A stretch of DNA of 64,000 bases, from NCBI GenBank assembly GCA_042568205.1, contig JBHPJE010000005.1, positions 3,267 through 67,266 of the forward strand. Reading direction: 5' to 3'. Under the pieces are notes generated by a model. That model worked only from the letters and a program-made list of their open reading frames with translations, was not told the origin of the DNA and did no database searches. Shown here piece by piece: positions 43,048 to 54,800 of this stretch. Source of the DNA: Patescibacteria group bacterium (GTDB lineage: Bacteria; Patescibacteriota; Gracilibacteria; UBA1369; PNNO01). Within the stretch, counting starts at the first letter, position 1, and every line of letters begins with the position of its first letter. A program made the position numbers and the translations under genes.

Positions 43048-45735
43048 ATGAGATGTTTTGTTATGGCATTTCTGGTTGGCATCATGATGCTGGCTGGAGC
43101 AACCACGGCGAGAGCGGACCTTCCGCCTGCGCCTGAACAGTGTGCGTCGCAGGGATGCTTCGCAATCCAGGGTCAGACCCATCTCTACCTCGACCGGAAA
43201 GGAGTCGAGAAAGGACCGATCGCCCTGCCCGTCACTGGTGAAAACACCCTCAGGTATTCAAACGGATACCTCGTGGGGACTTGGAATGTCTCCAATGTCA
43301 TGTGGCTATATCACGTCGAAACTGGTACACAGTGCACTCGTGACGTTGGGATAAGCTGCAAAGAGGGAGTGGTGTTTGGAGGGTATGCATTCGCTGCCTG
43401 CCCAAGCAATTCCTCCACCGTGAGGATGGCGCTCGACTGCACCTCGCACGACACGTTCCCTGGTGGAGCCTTCCAGAATCCTGAGACCTTGAGCTTATCT
43501 AGCACCGAAGTGATCTTCGGATCCAACGGGAATAACCGCGTCGGACACTTCGATCCGGTTAACCCGAGCCTGGCCAACGCCTACGGCACCGGCCTGACAA
43601 ACCTCATGTACGTCAGGTACCATGCCGGAACTTCGAAGGTGTACTTCAACGGTAACGATGGTCTCCCCGGGATCTTCTTCAAGGACTATCCCCTGACCGG
43701 AGTGTTCACTTCGCAGAACCTGCTCTACCTACCAGTCAACACACGGTTCCTGTCCATCAACGATACACACCTCTTCGCCTCCTCGTATATCTCGGAAGCC
43801 TACCTGGTGGACATCGTGAACCAGACCTACATCACGCTCGCCATGAGCGAGTCGCGTGCGAACGCACTGTCTTCTGACACCGCGTATGTCGTGGATGTGG
43901 GCATCGATATCGTGACCCGTGCCTACGACCTGCAAGGTAACGAGAAAAGTTACTCACCCTTGCCGGTGGCTGGCTACTCCATCGCTTACATTGAGCCCCA
44001 TGTGGCACCGGTGTGCAACAACGGGCTCATCGAGCCTGGCGAGATCTGCGATGGTAGTGACTTTGACGGCGCAACTTGCGCCGACCATGGTTTCGATGGC
44101 GGCGAGCTCGGGTGCAACCTGAGCTGCGACGCGATCAGCACCATCAACTGCTACGGCTGTGGCGACGGCGTGTTGAATGCCAGCGAAGCCTGCGATGGTA
44201 GCGACCTCGGACCCGAAACCTGCGTGGACTACGGTTACGCAAGCGGCGACCTGAGCTGCAACTCAAGCTGCGAGCACGACACCTCCGACTGCTACACCTG
44301 TGGCGACGGATTCATCGAAGGCGCCGAACAGTGCGAGTCCAACGATCTCAACGGCGGCTCATGCACTTCCGAGGGATTCGTCGCTGGCACAATTGCCTGC
44401 GGCACCGACTGCATGTACGACACGTCCAACTGCACTTCCTGCGGTGATGACGTGATCAATGGCAGTGACATCTGCGACGGCAACGCCATCAACGACGTCT
44501 GCCAGACTCTGGGCATGGGCTTCACCGACGGCACACTCGCGTGCAACAGCACTTGCGACGACTACAACACTTCCGGCTGCACCACGTGCGGTGACGGAAA
44601 TGTAGATCCCGGCGAAGAGTGCGACGGCAACGACCTCGACCAGGAGAACTGCCCGGGCCTCGGATTCACCGGCGGCAACCTCAACTGCTACGCCAACTGC
44701 ACGTACGACACGTCTCAGTGCAACGGCGCACCGATCGAGATCTGTGGCAACAACGTCATCGATCCCGGCGAAGAGTGCGACGACGGCGACCGCCTGAACG
44801 GCGACGGGTGCGACGAAAACTGCATGAACGAACCCGATCCCGTCCTCTGTGGCAACAACATCATCGAAGGCATCGAGGAGTGTGACGGTACCGAACTGGG
44901 TGGCGTCAGCTGCGAAAGCCTGGGCTACAACACTGGCGTGGTGTACTGCGAGAACAACTGCAGACTCAACGTCAACTGCAGCTTCAACAACTTCCAGCCC
45001 GCCAGTCTCAACGTCGAACCTGGTGCGCAACCGCCCCCCGGAGCCTTCACTCCGGAGCAGACGGAAACCTTCGAAGAGATCACCGATGGTCTCACCGAGT
45101 CCTGCATCCCGTCCATGGATGGCAGCGACCTGATCATGACCACGCCCGAAGACGGCTACTGCCCGATCGAGCTGAACTTCGGAGGCATTGAGCCTTCCCT
45201 GAAGTCCAAGCAGGGCAAGGTCTTCATCATGATCTACAAACCTACCAACTCGCTCAACAACGAGAACGCTGTCGTTCGCATCAAGCCGAGCGGCGAGTTC
45301 AACATCGAGAGCGGTGGACATATGAGAGCTCAGCTCTGGGTGACGCCGACCATCACGTTCGACAACAACGCCCTGACTGAGACCACCGAAGCAAGCATGA
45401 GCCTTCGCATGGAACTCCTGTCGGTCCACCCGGATCCGCCGGAGGACACCGATCCGAATGGCCGCTTCCTTCTCGTCGAGATTGCCACGGGCCTGGGCAC
45501 ATACTGCTCCAGTTCCGGCACCTGCGCTATCGTCCCGAGTGGCGGTGTGCATGTGCTCGATCTCGACAACCTCGACGACTCCCTGGGGGACATCGGCCGT
45601 ACCCCCAAGAAGTCCAGTGGCTGCTCCATCGCGGGAAGCAGCTCCAACAACTCAGAAATTCCCGCGTTCATCATGGTGATCATGCTGATCCTGGCCATTC
45701 GCATTCGACGGCAGAAGAAAGCCGCGAATCGATAG
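43048..45735 (+). CDS. GC-rich surface protein, paralog of 9034..11610 (propeller-like head, Cys-rich repeats, MYXO-CTERM-like anchor)
   Basis: Signal peptide ending ARA; CG(D/N)G...E.CDG.DL repeats; CDDGD..NGDGC; C-terminal SSGCS-TM-RIRRQKK. Confidence 0.88.
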   Translation: MRCFVMAFLVGIMMLAGATTARADLPPAPEQCASQGCFAIQGQTHLYLDRKGVEKGPIALPVTGENTLRYSNGYLVGTWNVSNVMWLYHVETGTQCTRDVGISCKEGVVFGGYAFAACPSNSSTVRMALDCTSHDTFPGGAFQNPETLSLSSTEVIFGSNGNNRVGHFDPVNPSLANAYGTGLTNLMYVRYHAGTSKVYFNGNDGLPGIFFKDYPLTGVFTSQNLLYLPVNTRFLSINDTHLFASSYISEAYLVDIVNQTYITLAMSESRANALSSDTAYVVDVGIDIVTRAYDLQGNEKSYSPLPVAGYSIAYIEPHVAPVCNNGLIEPGEICDGSDFDGATCADHGFDGGELGCNLSCDAISTINCYGCGDGVLNASEACDGSDLGPETCVDYGYASGDLSCNSSCEHDTSDCYTCGDGFIEGAEQCESNDLNGGSCTSEGFVAGTIACGTDCMYDTSNCTSCGDDVINGSDICDGNAINDVCQTLGMGFTDGTLACNSTCDDYNTSGCTTCGDGNVDPGEECDGNDLDQENCPGLGFTGGNLNCYANCTYDTSQCNGAPIEICGNNVIDPGEECDDGDRLNGDGCDENCMNEPDPVLCGNNIIEGIEECDGTELGGVSCESLGYNTGVVYCENNCRLNVNCSFNNFQPASLNVEPGAQPPPGAFTPEQTETFEEITDGLTESCIPSMDGSDLIMTTPEDGYCPIELNFGGIEPSLKSKQGKVFIMIYKPTNSLNNENAVVRIKPSGEFNIESGGHMRAQLWVTPTITFDNNALTETTEASMSLRMELLSVHPDPPEDTDPNGRFLLVEIATGLGTYCSSSGTCAIVPSGGVHVLDLDNLDDSLGDIGRTPKKSSGCSIAGSSSNNSEIPAFIMVIMLILAIRIRRQKKAANR

Positions 45736-45766
45736 GCTCAGCACCAGCTGAAAACCTATAGATCAC

Positions 45767-45815
45767 GCCTGGTCTCAATGCAGTATTTTATTGCAGCGAG
45801 ACCAGGCTTTTTTTT
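45767..45815 (+). terminator. Intrinsic terminator
   Basis: GCCTGGTCTC...GAGACCAGGC-T8. Confidence 0.88.
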
Positions 45816-45896
45816 ACATATTTACCTTTGTGTTTTTTGGCTTTTTCTGGTATAATAAACATAGAAAAAAAATAAAAATAAAACGCGTTTATATAT

Positions 45897-48800
45897 ATGG
45901 GGAATTCAAAAAACTGGCTCGTAGCTCGAGCTAGGAATAAACAGCTTATCGAAAAGGCCAAAAAAGTTGCTGCAGGAGGGCTTATCTCTGCAGTTATTAT
46001 TGGGCCTCTTATTTATTTTGGAGCAGTTGCTGTTCCTGTTGAACTTCGAAATGCTAAAAAAACGAGTGACGAGCTTGTTCAAGATATGGCTGCTACCCCA
46101 GAAATCGCTATTGATATACCTGCTACCCCAGAGGTAAAAACCAGCGAAAAACCAATCGAATTCCCTGAAAAAAAGGAGAAAAAAGAAATAAAAGATCCGA
46201 AAGTTGAATTCTTATTAGCTGATCTTCCTGTAGTAAAACAACAAAAAGAAGATGTTGCTACAGGTTATTCAGAAACGGTTGAAGATCGATTTATTAATAC
46301 ATTAAAAACAGAATTTAGAGACGAAGAAAAAGAAGTTGAAATCAGGACTACAAAAAAAGAAATAGAAGGACAAGTAGAAACGTTGGTAGTAATGCAAAAT
46401 CTTGATATTGAAGATGGGCCAAGGAAAGTGCAAAAGAAAGAAGATGCCGATATTGTAGCAAGAGCTACACTTAGAAGATATCTACAAACAAATCCAAAAG
46501 AAGCTGATTTTGACATTTACAAAGATACAAGCAAATTAAAAAATTCTAAAAAACAATATCAACTTGTTGTTGACAGTATAAAAACTAACAATGACAAATG
46601 GTATATAAATTTCCAACAATACAAAGAAGCACTTCCTGTATTTGATGGAAATGTAAAAATGATATTTACAGAAAGAAAACAATTAATAGCTTTAACTGAC
46701 AATCTAAGAACTGAATTACCGGAAACAACAGAATTCCAAATTTCAAACATTTCTGCAACAGAATCAACTAAAGAAATTTTTGATTGGGATGAACAAGAAG
46801 ACAAAATTGATTTTGTAAACAAAGGTTACTACAAAAATAAACCAGCTTTTAAAGTAGATGTTGAAAGCCATAATCCATTAGGGGATTATGAAGTTTTTGT
46901 TAATGCTATTGATGGAGAGATTGAAAATATTGGAGGAGATATAAGGCTCGCAGATGAAACAGGCTTTACAAGAGAAGAACTTCAACCAAATGGTGTTCTT
47001 CCTTATAATCCTGTCACTGATATAGTTGACCCTATTCAGTATGCAGTTGGGGAACGGCGTCCAGAGGATGAAACACAGGTTTTCCCAACTCCTGAAGAAC
47101 TTGAATTAATACAACAGGCTAATGATGTAGAAGCTGCGAGAGCAGAAGCAGAGATGAATGGCAATATTGAAATTCAGAGAAGTGAAATTTTTGAAAAAAT
47201 AATAGCTCCTGTTTATGCAGAAGAAGTAATTGAAATTCCTACTCAGGAAGTAACTGGCCCATCAATCGAAGTGTTGGAAGAATTCGCAGCTACGAGTGAT
47301 GTCTCAGCTACTCCAGATGCCTCAGCAACTCCTGAGCCTAGCATTGTGGTTCTTGATACTATATTTAGCAGAGTGCTTGGTAAAGTTTATCCTCAAAATC
47401 CAAATCAAGAACCAATAATTACACCTCTTGCTGATGCTTATGTTTATTATAATTCGCAACAATTCACAACCGATGAAGATGGATATTTTGAAAATAAAGA
47501 TGGAGACTGGTATAGCGTTTTCTTGGATGGTCCATATGTAACTGTCTACGATGACGACGCAAGTTCAAATGCAAACATCAAAGACCGGACACCTGAAGAT
47601 CCTTTTATATGGGATGAAAACAGTGCGAGCCTTGCTGCTACAAATGCTTTCTATCACGCAAATGAACTTCATGATTATTTTGTTGAACTTCACGATTATG
47701 ATGTAAATAAAAAAATCCCAATAACTGTTAATTCTGAATTAGTTGATCAATATCTAAATGGATGTGGTGCATGGTTTGACAATTCAGACAAATCAGTTGA
47801 GATGGGTAGAGGTGGTACAGATGCCTGTCCTGAAGATTTAAATTATGCACTTTCAAGTGACTTCATATATCACGAATATACTCACTTTATTGTTGAAGAA
47901 ATCACCCACCTTCCAAATATTGCAGGTTCAGAAGCTGCAGCAATGGGTGAAGGTCTGGCAGATTATTTTGCAGCTTCAAAAAATAACGACTCTATTTGGG
48001 GAGATGTTGTTGCACCTAATAGTACTAGAAATTTAAAAAACACTTTACAATATGGAGTTGATATGACTGGGGAGTCTCATCAAGATGGCCAAATTTTTGC
48101 TGGTGCTTTATGGGATTTAAGAACTCTGATCGGACCAATTAATACAGATAAATTAGTCTTCAATACTTTATATCAAGACAGACTACATTTCGAAACATTT
48201 ATGTATGGACTGCTAATTGAAGATGATGATAATAATGATTTTTCAGATGGAACTCCTCATATGTTGGAAATTATTGCAGCATTTGAAAACCATGGCATTG
48301 GACCAGGAATTTTAAACTTCGAAGGGCTTCCAGTTGATCCTGAAGCATGGACAGATTTAGTTGGAGAAGAAGCCCCAGTTGGAGAAGAAGCAGGTGTATT
48401 AAATGCTTTATATAATACTAGTGGTACTACGTGTGGCAGTTATGATAATGGAACGACTATCTGGATTGATGCGAATGTTAAGTGTTATTGGGTTGGATCA
48501 GGAACGCGATCATTAATTTATTTATCAAATGGTGCTGATTTATATATAGGGGGAAATCCTGCTGAAACTGAGGCTGTGCTAAAAGCAAGTGGAACTCTTA
48601 CAACTACCGGAGATGTTAGTGTTTATGGTACTAGTGCTTATTCAACTATACAGATTGGTTGGTATGGTACTTATTATGGTCGACTAACAGTAGGAGATGA
48701 ATTACAGCTAATAAATGGTGGTGAAGTAGATGTTGGATACGATGGAGGATCTGCCGCAAATGTAAATACTTATCTTCACGTTACTGGTAGTACACAGATA

Positions 48801-51800
48801 TATAAAACTGCTGCAACGTATACTTCAAACTGTCACGTTGACATTTGGAATGATGCATCAAGCGATAATAACTTTGGAGATTTATTTGTAGGGAGATCAG
48901 ATACATCAAGTTCACAATATGGTAACCAATCTTATGTATATGTAAATGGTAGTAATCCTGGAAGAGTGAATATGGACTCTTTTAGATTAGACAATGGTGG
49001 TTATGTAAATACTTATGGATATTTTACTTCAAACGGGGCTTCAGACATCCTAAATGGGGCGTGGATGAGGGTCCATGATTCGGCCGGTTACTTTTACAAT
49101 AATGGATACGCTCTTTATGTTTGGGACGATTCTTATTTTTACAATGATGATTATGTCCATTCTGGTATAATTTGGGATTTAAGAGATACTGCAAGGATAA
49201 TAACAAGTAGCACTGGCTCAACTAATGGACAATCCGCTACCTTCGGGAATAGTTCATGGCTAGATTTAAATGGTGGATCTTTTAATTTGGTCGGAACAGC
49301 AACATTTAATACTTCAGCATATGCTGATCTCGACGGGGGAACATTTAATCCTGGAACTGCAACCTTTAATAATTCAACCTATGTTGATGTAAATGGATCA
49401 GCATACTTTAGTCCAGGAACAGCCAATTTTAATACAAGTGCGGAAATGCGACATAGAGCAGTTGGAACTGCTTCAGATGGTAATGTGACAATGAATAATA
49501 ATTCCCTTTGGTACCATTATGGCGGGACATCAAGCATTGGGAATTTCAACATGAATGATACTTCAATAATGTATGCGCATGGTGGCACTATTACAGCAAC
49601 CTCTTTCTATCTTAGTGATAGTTCGCGACTTGATAAAACGTACTATGATGCTACCCATACAGGTAATGGCGCAATAACTGCAACTAACATTACTCTTACA
49701 GAGACATCCCGTGTTACTCATGCAAGAACAACAGGTGCAGTTACTGTAAGTGGCAAGCTCATGATTACTAATGATGCATATTATACTCAAAGTGCAGGTA
49801 CAGTGAATGTCACTGGAGCCGCAGGGACTGAAGTTTTAGGAACAACTTATACATCGCAAAGTGGAATGTTGCAAGTAGGTGGAGGGAATTTCAATTCAAC
49901 GGATATTACGTGTTATGAAAACGGATGGATAGACCAAAACGGCGGAACAATAACTACTTCTGGCACACTAGATATACAAAGTAATGCTTGTTTATATGAT
50001 AATGATATTGGAACTGGGACTTTCAATTCTATCAATATGACAAATAATAGTGAGATTCAAAACGATGGAACAATAAATGTGAAAGCTGGTGGAGTTTATA
50101 TGGAAGACACTTCATTACTAACTAATAATTATAATACAAGTGGATCTGCATACATTTATATGAATGAACCCACTGTAGGACATAATAGTTTTTGGACTGT
50201 TAGAGAAAGTGCGGATGTTGAAAATAGAACTGGAGGATATATAACAGCCCAAACCGGTGCAACATCTGGAGATCATTTAGCTGTCTACGATACTGCGACT
50301 TTTACAAATAGAGGTGACGTTATTTTCCATGATGGATTTATTGGTTTGGATGGTGGTGGAGACGCTGATCAACTGGGAGGTACTTTTGTTAATGAATATA
50401 TAAATGGTCCTGGATATGTAGATTTCTATGGAGACTTACAAATTACTCAGGGCGCTTTTGTAAATAAATCTGATAGACCTGCTTCGTATGGAGCATATAT
50501 TCGAGGAAATGTTGATATTACAGGATATTATTCATCTTTTTGCGATATCTCTGTATTGCAAAATCAGGGACATATGCGAGTATTAGGAGATGTGACAATG
50601 GGAACACATACTGATAGTCCAAGTTATAGTTGTTCAAGGGTACATACTTTAGACACTGCATCATTAACAGATAATGAGCTTTATGTAGATGGAAGCTTAA
50701 CAGCTACAGAAGATTATTCAGAGATTTATGGGACTGGTGGTCTGAATGTTAGAGAAACACTTAGTATGACTGCCCTAAATTCATATATTGACATTCAATC
50801 AGCAACTCAATTTGAAACAACAGTAATTGATTATTATTTCAAAACTGCAAATTTTTATGTGGGAGATACGCTAAACATCGGTGGTTATCTTGTAAAACTT
50901 GTTGCGCAAACCGACTTAGGTGGTGGTACTGGAACAATAACTATTGAGCATTATCCTACTTATACTTTTGCACACAACGCTACAATTACAGGTAATTATG
51001 CAGGCTCTGCAAATATAAATGAACCAACTGGAGTTACTTATGGTGGTTTTTCTTTTAATAGTGGCCACCTTTATGTAGGAGATGATTTAATTATAAATGG
51101 AACTGGTGGTAGTGCTCCATACATGGAAAATGAAGGGACTGTAGCTATTGGAGGCGCCGGCTCAATTACTACCAGTTTACAATTAAATGGAAATTCAACA
51201 ATATTAAACAAAGAAGATCAATTACTCACGGCTGCTTATAGTAGTCAGTCAGGTAATTTTACCCTTGGAGAAACGGTCACAGGTGTAACAAGTGGCATTA
51301 CTGCTGCTGTTGCCTGGGATTATGATAATGGTTCTGATGGACTACTGCTATTAGATGATCCTACAGGCGATTTCCTTGCAGGAGAATTTATAAGCGGTTC
51401 AGTTAGTGGCTATGCAAAGCTTTCTCTTGCTCCTGTTCAGTCATACTCTGATGCAGTTATTACTGTTGACACTGCTTGGCCAACTGTTGCTACTCATGGC
51501 CAATTTCAAATTTATAACAACGCTGCAGTAACAAATAACGGAACAATCAATGCAAATCGCATTCTTGTAGGAAATGGATCAACAGTTGGAGGAGCATGGA
51601 CAAATGCTACCAAAGGGGATACTAATGTTACATACTCAGGTACTGGTACAGCGATGTATTGTTATAGAGCTGCTTGTGCACATAATAGCGATGCAACAGA
51701 TTTAACTATTGCCGGAAATTTATCTATTCAGGGTGTTTCACTTGATCCTATGAATTTTTACAGTGATCAAACTGCAAGCGCTGTAGGTGTAACTATATAT

Positions 51801-54800
51801 AATTATGGAAATTTACATGTTGATAATGAATCAACTTTTACCTCTACTGGAACTAACTATATATATGATGACTTTACAGCTACCCCTGCAAATGATGGCT
51901 TTTTGACAATTTATGTAGACTCAACATTCGATGCAGCTACAGCAAATATGAATTTAGGTCAAAGTGGTCTTTTAACTGGTGGAAAAATTTCCAATAGTGG
52001 ATTATTTAAAATAAATAATTTATATATGAATGAATCTTCTGAGTTAAATAATTATATTAATGGAGCAGTGTATTCATATAACTTAATAGAATTAACCCAG
52101 GATTACAGTACAAACGACTACATTCGCCAATTTAATAATTACGGCTATGTTGACGCAGTGGATGTTCATGTTTATGGAGACAATGCTTGGATAGATAATG
52201 AAAACGCTGCAAATGCAGCCTTTATAGCAAGCGGTGATTTAGTAATCGATGGTGGGGAATTTACAAATATAGATGGGAATCTGGGAGTGGATATTAGTGG
52301 TGATACCTATGTATTTCATGAGGGTTCAGCTACCTACACTGATGGAGAATTGTTAAATTATGATGATTTTACTACAGGGAAACTTTATGTTGGATGTTCA
52401 ACCATAGCTGCTACATGTGCTTATACTGGCGCTGGAGGGTATGTTAAAAATGGTCTTTTTAATACAGACGAAGGAACGATTACGGTTACCAGTACCTCTG
52501 GAATAGAAGACATGTACATATATAGAGGAGGTGATTCTCCGGCAACTACAGGTCTGGTTTATAATGACTGGGGAACGCTTTCTGTTGGGGACGCCACAGG
52601 AGGACAAATGGTGTTACAAGGTGATAATACCTTTGCTGCGCCTGGTGTTTATGATGAGGCAATCTTGCAAAATTCAAGCATCACTCCAACTCCTCAGGTC
52701 AATGCAAATGAAATTTATTTGTTGAGCGCTGCGGAAGTTCATAATGCCGGTGATTTAAATATAAGTGATAAATTGTGGACTGAAAACACTCTAATATTTA
52801 AAAACATTTATAATTATGGGCCGGGTGATATTGATATAACGGGTGATGGTAATTTATGGCTTTATCAAAATAGTTATCTGGAAAATTATAGTGGTGGAGA
52901 TATTGATACAACTGGAACCTTGAAAATATTTGCAGATACATTAACATCAACAGTTGATAATCATGGTCATATGGAGGTAGCTGAAATTTGGAATGGAGAT
53001 GAAGCAGAATATTATGGTGGAACGTTTAATAATGAAAGTGGTGCAGATTTTTCTGCAACAAGTACTGTCAATGATGCAGGAAATATTTTTGGTGGAGATA
53101 TTTATCAAAAAAATGGTTCAAATACATTTGATATTGCAGGAAGATTAACAACTTATAGTGACAGCTCTACTAATAAAGGTAATGTATTTCAGGCTGCAGG
53201 CAGTGGGAAAATTTCTCTTGGGGAATTATATATTGATGAAGATGGATATTATGAAGTTAATGGTTTAACAACTGATCCTGGAACACATATAGTCGACACT
53301 ACAACCACAGGGAATTTAAAATTAAGTGGATTTTTTGGTGATCCGGCAACTCTACAAATTAATGGATCTCAGGTAGAGGTTGATGGTACAACTGGAGTAC
53401 ATCAAGTTTCTAATATCGACAATGATGCCATAATGGCAAGTGGCGATGGTGGATTTATTGCTCATGGACTTGCCACTGTTTATGATCTTGGATCGATTAC
53501 TTCTGATGAAACCTCAACCTTTATGTTTAATGATGGTTTAACTGTCGATGATGGCTTGGCCTCAATTTGGGACAATATGCAAGTTACAGGAGATTTCAAT
53601 ATTATTAATGATGGTCAGGCCCAATTAGGATATGACGGTGTTATTTTAGACAACGTAGGTGTTGTAGTAGTTACAGGCAACATTGCTTTAGACAATACCG
53701 GAATAACAAACAATCTTTTAACAAATTATAGTCAAGTATTAGTTGGTCTCTCTGTTCATATTGGTGGTGCATCCGGCAATACTGCAACTTTAGATCATAT
53801 AGGTTTCAGTGATGGTGTGCTTGCTTCAAATTTATTAGTTTCAGACAACATGGATGTGTACACAACAGGAACGCTTACAAGTGATGGCTATATAGCAATT
53901 CTCGATAATATGCTTGTTGATCCTGGTGGTACTGCTGATCTTAATGATGATGCTTCAGATACATTCTGCGAAACATATGTAGGATTTGATGGCACAGGCG
54001 ATTTGACTATAAACCAGGATGCAACCAATATTGGAAAATTAACAGTAAATTGTACTCGAACCTCTGGAGCTATTACAGAATTATTAGTTTTTGGAACATC
54101 TAGGGTATATGGTGAATTAGAATTAAATTCAGCAATGGGAACAATAGATATGGTAGTAGGTGAATCTGGTACTTCTTACCCAACATTGGGTCTTGTAACG
54201 CATAGATTCTTGACGTATATAACTGGAGACAACGCTCCAACAATCGTCTTTTTATTAGGAATAGTTAATGATCTGACGGTAAATATTGAAGGTGAAATTA
54301 ATGTAAGTGAATTAGTAAATGAAGAAAGCAGCGGAAGTGGTAGGCCTCGAGGTGGTACATTTGGCGGGAAAGGAACTTATAGTTCAGGTGTTACCGGCGT
54401 AGTTGAACATGGTCTTGTCGAAGTTAATTCACAAAACTATGGACGTGCCGGCGTTGATCCTGAACGTGACTTAGCTTATGGTGGTGGAAAAATTGAAATT
54501 GATATATTCGGTAGAGCAACTGTAAATGGAAACATTCTAGCTAATGGAATGGATGGTGATGCAAACACAACTCCTCCAGGAAGTCCAGGAACTCCAGGTG
54601 ATGCAGCAGGTAGTGGAGGAAGCATTATTTTAAATATTGCAGAAAGTTTAAGTGGTAGCGGTGACATCAGTGCGAATGGAGGAGACTCTCCTGATACAAG
54701 TGCAGCAGGAACTCCATTGGCTGAATCTGGTGGTGGTGGACGAGTTTACATCGAATACTATGATAATTCTGGTTACTCAGGCACAGCGAGTGCTTATGGT

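Noticed and set aside
9970-44990. Diversity-generating retroelement template/variable repeats in the Cys-rich regions
   Set aside because: The repeats are diverged protein repeats without adenine-specific differences, and no reverse transcriptase is in the window.
8813-45815. GC-rich genes as assembly chimeras
   Set aside because: Transitions coincide with promoters and terminators and leave neighbouring genes intact at seven loci. Unlikely, though read mapping is needed to exclude it.
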